This document shows, in pieces, positions 54,101 through 63,640 of a stretch of 64,000 nucleotides of DNA; position 1 is the first letter of the stretch, and each line of letters starts with the position of its first letter. Position numbers and translations under genes: made by a program. The notes beneath the pieces were generated by a model that was given only the letters and a program-made list of their open reading frames with translations, had not been told where the DNA came from and searched no databases. Source of the DNA: Eledone cirrhosa (lineage: Eukaryota); the NCBI GenBank assembly GCA_964016885.1, contig OZ024744.1:1922001-1986000 (forward strand), read 5' to 3'.

Positions 54101-54450
54101 CAAGCTATCTTTCTCTACCTTGTCTTCCCCCAAAACTTCGTTCTTCACCAAGCTATCTTTCTCTACATTGTCTTCCCCAAAACTTCGTTCTTCACCAAGC
54201 TATCTTTCTCTACCTTGTCTTCCCCCAAAACTTCGTTGTTCACCAAGCTATCTTTCTCTACCTTGTCTTCCCCCAAAACTTCGTTCTTCACCAAGATATC
54301 TTTCTCTACCTTGTCTTCCCCCAAAACTTCGTTCTTCACCAAGCTATCTTTCTCTACCTTGTCTTCCCACAAAACTTCGTTCTTCACCAAGCTATCTTTC
54401 TCTACCTTGTCTTCCCACAAAACGTCGTTCTTCACCAAGCTATCTTTCTC
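40950..54450. repeat. Dispersed duplication, offset 9006 bp (~41-45 kb copied at ~50-54 kb)
   Basis: The ORF pairs 41661/50667, 41713/50719, 41900/50906, 42763/51769, 42815/51821 and 43673/52679 differ by 9006. The rare variants TCTCCATCTTG (43815/52821) and AAAAGTTCG (44220/53226) are shared. Confidence 0.9.
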
Positions 54451-55330
54451 TACCTTGTCTTCCCCCAAAACTTCGTTCTTCACCAAGCTATCTTTCTCTA
54501 GCTTGTCTTCACACAAAACTTCGTTCTTCACCAAGCTATCTTTCTCTACCTTGTCTTCCCACAAAACGTCATTCTTCACCAAGCTATCTTTCTCTACCTT
54601 GTCTTCCGTCAAAACTTCGTTCTTCACCAATATATCTTTCTCTACCTTGTCTTCTCCCAAAACTTCGTTCTTCACCAAGCTATCTTTCTCTACATTGTCT
54701 TCCCCAAAACTTCGTTCTTCACCAAGCTATCTTTCTCTACCTTGTCTTCCCCCAAAACTTCGTTCTTCACCAAGCTATCTTTCTCTACCTTGTCTTCCCA
54801 CAAAACTTCGTTCTTCACCAAGCTATCTTTCTCTACCTTGTCTTCCCCCAAAACTTCGTTCTTCACCAAGCTATCTTTCTCTACATTGTCTTCCCCAAAA
54901 CTTCGTTCTTCACCAAGCTATCTTTCTCTACCTTGTCTTCCCTCAAAACGTCGTTCTTCACCAAGCTATCTTTCTCTACCTTGTCTTCTCCCAAAACTTC
55001 GTTATTCACCAAGCTATCTTTCTCTACCTTGTCTTCCCTCAAAACTTCGTTCTTCACCAAGCTATCTTTCTCTACCTTGTCTTCCCCCAAAACTTCGTTC
55101 TTCACCAAGCTATCTTTCTCTACATTGTCTTCCCCAAAACTTCGTTCTTCACCAAGCTATCTTTCTCTACCTTGTCTTCCCCCAAAACTTCGTTGTTCAC
55201 CAAGCTATCTTTCTCTACCTTGTCTTCCCCCAAAACTTCGTTCTTCACCAAGATATCTTTCTCTACCTTGTCTTCCCCCAAAACTTCGTTCTTCACCAAG
55301 CTATCTTTCTCTACCTTGTCTTCCCACAAA
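53730..55330. repeat. Tandem duplication, period 957 bp (20 monomers - 3 bp)
   Basis: The ACATTG triplet at 53737/53928/54167 is repeated at 54694/54885/55124. The ORF pairs 53924/54881 and 54163/55120 differ by 957. Confidence 0.85.
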
Positions 55331-56759
55331 ACTTCGTTCTTCACCAAGCTATCTTTCTCTAGCTTGTCTTCACACAAAACTTCGTTCTTCACCAAGCTAT
55401 CTTTCTCTACCTTGTCTTCCCACAAAACGTCATTCTTCACCAAGCTATCTTTCTCTACCTTGTCTTCCGTCAAAACTTCGTTCTTCACCAAGATATCTTT
55501 CTCTACCTTGTCTTCTCCCAAAACTTCGTTCTTCACCAAGCTATCTTTCTCTACCTTGTCTTCCCTCAGAACTTCGTTCTTCAACAAGCTATCTTTCTCT
55601 ACCTTGTCTTCCCCGAAAACTTCGTTCTTCACCAAGCTATCTTTCTCTACATTGTCTTCCCCAAAACTTCGTTCTTCACCAAGCTATCTTTCTCTACCTT
55701 GTCTTCCCTCAAAACGTCGTTCTTCACCAAGCTATCTTTCTCTACCTTGTCTTCCCCCAAAACTTCGTTTTTCACCAAGCTATCTTTCTCTACCTTGTCT
55801 TCCCCCAAAACTTCGTTCTTCACCAAGCTATCTTTCTCTACATTGTCTTCCCCAAAACTTCGTTCTTCACCAATCTATCTTCCTCTACCTTGTCTTCCCT
55901 CAAAACGTCGTTCTTCACCAAGCTATCTTTCTCTACCTTGTCTTCTCCCAAAACTTCGTTATTCACCAAGCTATCTTTCTCTACCTTGTCTTCCCTCAAA
56001 ACTTCGTTCTTCACCAAGCTATCTTTCTCTACCTTGTCTTCCCCCAAAATTTCGTTCTTCACCAAGCTATCTTTCTCTACATTGTCTTCCCCCAAAACTT
56101 CGTTCTTCACCAAGCTATCTTTCTCTACCTTGTCTTCCCCCAAAACTTCGTTCTTCACCAAGCTATCTTTCTCTACCTTGTCTTTCCCCAAAACTTCGTT
56201 CTTCACCAAGCTATCTTTAACTACCTTGTCTTCCCCCAAAACTTCGTTCTTCACCAAGCTATCTTTCTCTATCTTGTCTTCCCTCAACACTTCGTTCTTC
56301 ACCAAGCTATCTTTCTCGACCTTGTCTTCTCCCAAAACTTCGTTATTCACCAAGCTATCTTTCTCTACCTTGTCTTCCCTCAAAACTTCGTTCTTCACCA
56401 AGCTATCTTTATCTACCTTGTCTTCCCACAAAACGTCATTCTTCACCAAGCTATCTTTCTCTACCTTGTCTTCCGTCAAAACTTCGTTCTTCACCAAGAT
56501 ATCTTTCTCTACCTTGTCTTCCCACAAAACGTCGTTCTTCACCAAGCTATCTTTCTCTACCTTGTCTTCCCTCAGAACTTCGTTCTTCACCAAGCTATCT
56601 TTCTCTACCTTGTCTTCCCCCAAAACTTCGTTCTTCACCAAGCTATCTTTCTCTACATTGTCTTCCCCAAAACTTCGTTCTTCACCAAGCTATCTTTCTC
56701 TACCTTGTCTTCCCCCAAAACTTCGTTCTTCACCAAGCTATATTTCTCTACCTTGTCTT

Positions 56760-59470
56760 CCCCCAAAACTTCGTTCTTCACCAAGTCATCTTTCTCTACC
56801 TTGTCATCCCTCAAAACTTCGTTCTTCACCAATCTATCTTTCTCTACCTTGTCTTCCCCCAAAACTTCGTTCTTCACCAAGCTATCTTTCTCTAGCTTGG
56901 CTTCACACAAAACTTCGTTCTTCACCAAGCTATCTTTCTCTACCTTGTCTTCCCACAAAACGTCATTCTTCACCAAGCTATCTTTCTCTACCTTGTCTTC
57001 CGTCAAAACTTCGTTCTTCACCAAGATATCTTTCTCTACCTTGTCTCCTCCCAAAACTTCGTTCTTCACCAAGCTATCTTTCTCTACCTTATCTTCCCTC
57101 AGAACTTCGTTCTTCACCAAGCTATCTCTCTCTACCTTGTCTTCCCCCAAAACTTCGTTCTTTACCAAGCTATCTTTCTCTACATTGTCTTCCCCAAAAC
57201 TTCGTTCTTCACCAAGCTATCTTTCTCTACCTTGTCTTCCCTCAAAATGTCGTTCTTCACCAAGCTATCTTTCTCTACCTTGTCTTCCCCCAAAACTTCG
57301 TTCTTCACCAAGCTATCTTTCTCTACCTTGTCTTCCCCCAAAACTTCGTTCTTCACCAAGCTATCTTTCTCTACCTCGTCTTCCCTCAAAACTTCGTTCT
57401 TCACCAAGCTATCTTTCTCTACCTTGTCTTCCCCCAAAACTTCGTTCTTCACCAAGCTATCTTTCTCTACCTTGTCTCCTCCCAAAACTTCGTTCTTCAC
57501 CAAGCTATCTTTCTCTACCTTATCTTCCCTCAGAACTTCGTTCTTCACCAAGCTATCTCTCTCTACCTTGTCTTCCCCCAAAACTTCGTTCTTTACCAAG
57601 CTATCTTTCTCTACATTGTCTTCCCCAAAACTTCGTTCTTCACCAAGCTATCTTTCTCTACCTTGTCTTCCCTCAAAACGTCGTTCTTCACCAAGCTATC
57701 TTTATCTACCTTGTCTTCCCCCAAAACTTCGTTCTTCACCAAGCTATCTTTCTCTACCTTGTCTTCCCCCAAAACTTCGTTCTTCACCAAGCTATCTTTC
57801 TCTACATTGTCTTCCCCAAAACTTCGTTCTTCACCAAGCTATCTTTCTCTACCTTGTCTTCCATCAAAACGTCGTTCTTCACCAAGCTATCTTTCTCTAC
57901 CTTGTCTTCCCCCAAAACTTCGTTCTTCACCAAGCTATCTTTCTCTACCTTGTCTTCCCCCAAAACTTCGTTCTTCACCAAGTCATCTTTCTCTACCTTG
58001 TCATCCCACAAAACGTCGTTCTTCACCAAGCCATCTTTCTCTATTTTGTCTTCCCTCAAAACGTCGTTCTTCACCAAGCTATCTTTCTCTACCTTGTCTT
58101 CCCTCAAAATTTCGTTCTTCACCAAGCTATCTTTCTCGACCTTGTCTTCTCCCAAAACGTCGTTATTCACCAAGCTATCTTTCTCTACCTTGTCTTCCCT
58201 CAAAACTTCGTTCTTCACCAAGCTATCTTTCTCTACCTTGTCTTCCCCCAAAACTTCGTTCTTCACCAAGCTATCTTTCTCTACCTTGTCTTCTCCCAAA
58301 ACTTCGTTATTCACCAAGCTATCTTTCTCTACCTTGTCTTCCCTCAAAACTTCGTTCTTCACCAAGCTATCTTTCTCTACCTTGTCTTCCCCCAAAACTT
58401 CGTTCTTCACCAAGCTATCTTTCTCTACCTTGTCTTCCCCCAAAACTTCATTCTTCACCAAGCTATCTTTCTCTACCTTGTCTTCCCCCAAAACTTCGTT
58501 CTTCACCAATCTATCTTTCTCTACCTTGTCTTCCCTCAAAACTTCGTTCTTCACCAAGCTATCTTTCTCTAGCTTGGCTTCACACAAAACTTCGTTCTTC
58601 ACCAAGCTATCTTTCTCTACCTTGTCTTCCCACAAAACGTCATTCTTCACCAAGCTATCTTTCTCTACCTTGTCTTCCGTCAAAACTTCGTTCTTCACCA
58701 AGATATCTTTCTCTACCTTGTCTCCTCCCAAAACTTCGTTCTTCACCAAGCTATCTTTCTCTACCTTATCTTCCATCAGAACTTCGTTCTTCACCAAGCT
58801 ATCTCTCTCTACCTTGTCTTCCCCCAAAACTTCGTTCTTTACCAAGCTATCTTTCTCTACATTGTCTTCCCCAAAACTTCGTTCTTCACCAAGCTATCTT
58901 TCTCTACCTTGTCTTCCCTCAAAACGTCGTTCTTCACCAAGCTATCTTTCTCTACCTTGTCTTCCCCCAAAACTTCGTTCTTCAACAAGCTATCTTTCTC
59001 TACCTTGTCTTCCCCCAAAACTTCGTTCTTCACCAAGCTATCTTTCTCTACCTCGTCTTCCCTCAAAACTTCGTTCTTCACCAAGCTATCTTTCTCTACC
59101 TTGTCTTCCCCCAAAACTTCGTTCTTCACCAAGCTATCTTTCTCTAACTTGTCTTCCCCCAAAACTTCGTTCTTCACCAAGCTATCTTTCTCTACCTTGT
59201 CTTCCCCCAAAACTTCGTTCTTCACCAAGCTATCTTTCTCTACCTTGTCTTCCCCCAAAACTTCGTTCTTCACCAAGTCATCTTTCTCTACCTTGTCATC
59301 CCTCAAAACTTCGTTCTTCACCAATCTATCTTTCTCTACCTTGTCTCCTCCCAAAACTTCGTTCTTCACCAAGCTATCTTTCTCTACCTTGTCTTCCCTC
59401 AGAACTTCGTTCTTCACCAAGCTATCTTTCTCTACCTTGTCTTCCCCCAAAACTTCGTTCTTCACCAAGC
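56760..59470. repeat. L-type block, largely a copy of ~36.55-38.75 kb (offset 20,214 bp)
   Basis: AAGTCATC at 36571/56785 and ACTTCATTC at 38236/58450 match at this offset. The ORF pairs 36966/57180, 37018/57232, 37588/57802 and 38643/58857 also all differ by 20,214. Confidence 0.9.
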
Positions 59471-59479
59471 TATCTTTCT

Positions 59480-62400
59480 CTACATTGTCTTCCCCAAAAC
59501 TTCGTTCTTCACCAAGCTATCTTTCACGACCTTGTCTTCCCTCAAAACGTCGTTCTTCACCAAGCTATCTTTCTCTACCTTGTCTTCCCCCAAAACTTCG
59601 TTCTTCACCAAGCTATCTTTCTCTACCTTGTCTTCCCCCAAAACTTCGTTCTTCACCAAGCTATCTTTCTCTACCTCGTCTTTCCTCAAAACTTCGTTTT
59701 TCACCAAGCTATCTTTCTCTACCTTGTCTTCCCCCAAAACTTCGTTCTTCACCAAGCTATCTTTCTCTACCTTGTCTTCCCCCAAAACTTCGTTCTTCAC
59801 CAAGCTATCTTTCTCTACCTTGTCTTCCCCTAAAACTTCGTTCTTCATCAAGCTATCTTTCTCTAGCTTGTCTTCACACAAAACTTCATTCTTCACCAAG
59901 CTATCTTTCTCTACCTTGTCTTCCCACAAAACGTCATTCTTCACCAAGCTATCTTTCTCTACCTTGTCTTCCGTCAAAACTTCGTTCTTCACCAAGCTAT
60001 CTTTCTCTACCTTGTCTTCCCCCAAAACGTCGTTCTTCACCAAGCTATCTTTCTCTACCTTGTCTTCCCCCAAAACTTCGTTCTTCACCAAGCTATCTTT
60101 CTCTACCTTGTCTTCCCCCAAAACTTCGTTCTTCACCAAGCTATCTTTCTCTACCTTGTCTTCCCCTAAAACTTCGTTCTTCACCAAGCTATCTTTCTCT
60201 AGCTTGTCTTCACACAAAACTTCGTTCTTCACCAAGCTATCTTTCTCTACCTTGTCTTCCCACAAAACGTCATTCTTCACCAAGCTATCTTTCTCTACCT
60301 TGTCTTCCGTCAAAACTTCGTTCTTCACCAAGCTATCTTTCTCTACCTTGTCTTCCCTCAAAACGTCGTTCTTCACCAAGCTATCTTTCTCTACCTTGTC
60401 TTCCCCCAAAACTTCGTTCTTCACCAAGCTATCTTTCTCTACCTTGTCGTCCCCCAAAACTTCGTTCTTCGCAAGCTATCTTTCTCTACCTTGTCTTCCG
60501 TCAAAACTTCGTTCTTCACCAAGCTATCTTTCTCTACCTTGTCTTCCCACAAAACGTCGTTCTTCACCAAGCTATCTTTCTCTACCTTGTCTTCCCTCAA
60601 AACGTCGTTCTTCACCAAGCTATCTTTCTCTACCTTGTCTTCCCTCAAAACATCGTTCTTCACCAAGCTATCTTTCTCTACCTTGTCTTCTCCCAAAACT
60701 TCGTTATTCACCAAGCTATCTTTCTCTACCTTGTCTTCCCTCAAAACTTCGTTCTTCACCAAGCTATCTTTCTCTACCTTGTCTTCCCCCAAAACTTCGT
60801 TCTTCACCAAGCTATCTTTCTCTACCTTGTCTTCCCCCAAAACTTCGTTCTTCACCAAGCTATCTTTCTCTAGCTTGTCTTCACACAAAACTTCGTTCTT
60901 CACCAAGCTATCTTTCTCTACCTTGTCTTCCCACAAAACGTCATTCTTCACCAAGCTATCTTTCTCTACCTTGTCTTCCGTCAAAACTTCGTTCTTCACC
61001 AAGATATCTTTCTCTACCTTGTCTTCTCCCAAAACTTCGTTCTTCACCAAGCTATCTTTCTCTACCTTGTCTTCCCTCAGAACTTCGTTCTTCAACAAGC
61101 TATCTTTCTCTACCTTGTCTTCCCCCAAAACTTCGTTCTTCACCAAGCTATCTTTCTCTACATTGTCTTCCCCAAAACTTCGTTCTTCACCAAGCTATCT
61201 TTCTCTACCTTGTCTTCCCTCAAAACGTCGTTCTTCACCAAGCTATCTTTCTCTACCTTGTCTTCCCCCAAAACTTCGTTCTTCACCAAGCTATCTTTCT
61301 CTACCTTGTCGTCCCCCAAAACTTCGTTCTTCACCAAGCTATCTTTCTCTACATTGTCTTCCCCAAAACTTCGTTCTTCACCAATCTATCTTTCTCTACC
61401 TTGTCTTCCCTCAAAACGTCGTTCTTCACCAAGCTATCTTTCTCTACCTTGTCTTCTCCCAAAACTTCGTTATTCACCAAGCTATCTTTCTCTACCTTGT
61501 CTTCCCTCAAAACTTCGTTCTTCACCAAGCTATCTTTCTCTACCTTGTCTTCCCCCAAAACTTCGTTCTTCATCAAGCTATCTTTCTCTACATTGTCTTC
61601 CCCAAAACTTCGTTCTTCACCAAGCTATCTTTCTCTACCTTGTCTTCCCCCAAAACTTCGTTGTTCACCAAGCTATCTTTCTCTACCTTGTCTTCCCCCA
61701 AAACTTCGTTCTTCACCAAGCTATCTTACTCTACCTTGTCTTCCCCCAAAACTTCGTTCTTCACCAAGCTATCTTTCTCTACCTTGTCTTCCCACAAAAC
61801 TTCGTTCTTCACCAAGCTATCTTTCTCTACCTTGTCTTCCCACAAAACGTCGTTCTTCACCAAGCTATCTTTCTCTACCTTGTCTTCCCTCAAAACTTCG
61901 TTCTTCAACAAGCTATCTTTCTCTACCTTGTCTTCCCCCAAAACTTCGTTCTTCACCAAGCTATCTTTAACTACCTTGTCTTCCCCCAAAACTTCGTTCT
62001 TCACCAAGCTATCTTTCTCTACCTTGTCTTCCCTCAAAACTTCGTTCTTCACCAAGCTATCTTTCTCGACCTTGTCTTCTCCCAAAACTTCGTTATTCAC
62101 CAAGCTATCTTTCTCTACCTTGTCTTCCCTCAAAACTTCGTTCTTCACCAAGGTATCTTTATCTACCTTGTCTTCCCACAAAACGTCATTCTTCACCAAG
62201 CTATCTTTCTCGACCTTGTCTTCCGTCAAAACTTCGTTCTTCACCAAGGTGTCTTTCTCTACCTTGTCTTCCCACAAAACGTCGTTCTTCACCAAGCTAT
62301 CTTTCTCTACCTTGTCTTCCCTCAAAACTTCGTTCTTCAACAAGCTATCTTTCTCTACCTTGTCTTCCCCCAAAATTTCGTTCTTCACCAAGCTATCTTT

Positions 62401-63640
62401 AACTACCTTGTCTTCCCCCAAAACTTCGTTCTTCACCAAGCTATCTTTAACTACCTTGTCTTCCCCCAAAACTTCGTTCTTCACCAAGCTATCTTTCTCT
62501 ACCTTGTCTTCCCTCAAAACTTCGTTCTTCACCAAGCTATCTTTCTCGATCTTGTCTTCTCCCAAAACTTCGTTATTCACCAAGCTATCTTTCTCTACCT
62601 TGTCTTCCCTCAAAACTTCGTTCTTCACCAAGGTATCTTTATCTACCTTGTCTTCCCACAAAACGTCATTCTTCACCAAGCTATCTTTCTCGACCTTGTC
62701 TTCCGTCAAAACTTCGTTCTTCACCAAGGTGTCTTTCTCTACCTTGTCTTCCCACAAAACGTCGTTCTTCACCAAGCTATCTTTAACTACCTTGTCTTCC
62801 CCCAAAACTTCGTTCTTCACCAAGCTATCTTTCTCTACCTTGTCTTCCCTCAAAACTTCGTTCTTCACCAAGCTATCTTTCTCGACCTTGTCTTCTCCCA
62901 AAACTTCGTTATTCACCAAGCTATCTTTCTCTACCTTGTCTTCCCTCAAAACTTCGTTCTTCACCAAGCTATCTTTCTCTACCTTGTCTTCCCTCAGAAC
63001 TTCGTTCTTCACCAAGCTATCTTTCTCTACCTTGTCTTCCCCCAAAACTTCGTTCTTCACCAAGCTATCTTTCTCTACATTGTCTTCCCCAAAACTTCGT
63101 TCTTCACCAAGCTATCTTTCTCTACCTTGTCTTCCCCCAAAACTTCGTTCTTCACCAAGCTATCTTTCTCTACCTTGTCTTCCCACAAAACTTCGTTCTT
63201 CACCAAGCTATCTTTCTCTACCTTGTCTTCCCCCAAAACTTCGTTCTTCACCAAGCTATCTTTCTCTACATTGTCTTCCCCAAAACTCCGTTCTTCACCA
63301 AGCTATCTTTCTCTACCTTGTCTTCCCTCAAAACGTCGTTCTTCACCAAGCTATCTTTCTCTACCTTGTCTTCTCCCAAAACTTCGTTATTCACCAAGCT
63401 ATCTTTCTCTACCTTGTCTTCCCTCAAAACTTCGTTCTTCACCAAGCTATCTTTCTCTACCTTGTCTTCCCCCAAAACTTCGTTCTTCACCAAGCTATCT
63501 TTCTCTACATTGTCTTCCCCAAAACTTCGTTCTTCACCAAGCTATCTTTCTCTACCTTGTCTTCCCCCAAAACTTCGTTGTTCACCAAGCTATCTCTCTC
63601 TACCTTGTCTTCGCCCAAAACTTCGTTCTTCACCAAGATA
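59480..63640. repeat. Second R-type subdomain
   Basis: CCCTAAAAC, CTAGCTTGTCTTCACAC, TGTCGTCC+TTCGCAAG (60471), TTTAACTAC and AAGGTGTC (~62247, ~62727) return. The ORF pairs 51769/60439 and 52679/61349 are offset by 8670. Confidence 0.85.
61890..62790. repeat. Local ~480-bp (10-monomer) tandem duplication
   Basis: AGGTATCTTTATC occurs at 62151/62631 and AAGGTGTC at ~62247/~62727. TTTAACTAC monomers are locally multiplied (~61969, ~62401, ~62449, ~62785). Confidence 0.8.

Larger units (their letters stand above)
39251..56700. repeat. Satellite subdomain of variant subfamily R
   Basis: Diagnostic variants are CTAGCTTGTCTTCACAC, TTTAACTAC, AAGGTATCTTTATC, AAGGTGTC, CGTTGTTC, TGTCGTCC, CCCTAAAAC and frequent TTCAACAAG. 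The 47-bp ACATTG variant is about twice as dense here as in L. Boundaries are approximate. Confidence 0.85.

Noticed and set aside
2-61970. Giant + strand ORFs (e.g. 12662-28897, 5411 aa; 3264-13811, 3515 aa; 51821-59833, 2670 aa)
   Set aside because: The + consensus has no TAA, TAG or TGA in any frame and is a multiple of 3, so all three frames are open and overlap. Translations cycle among three unrelated 16-aa repeats at each 1-bp indel, starts are alternative codons within the repeat, and no domain or unique sequence is present.
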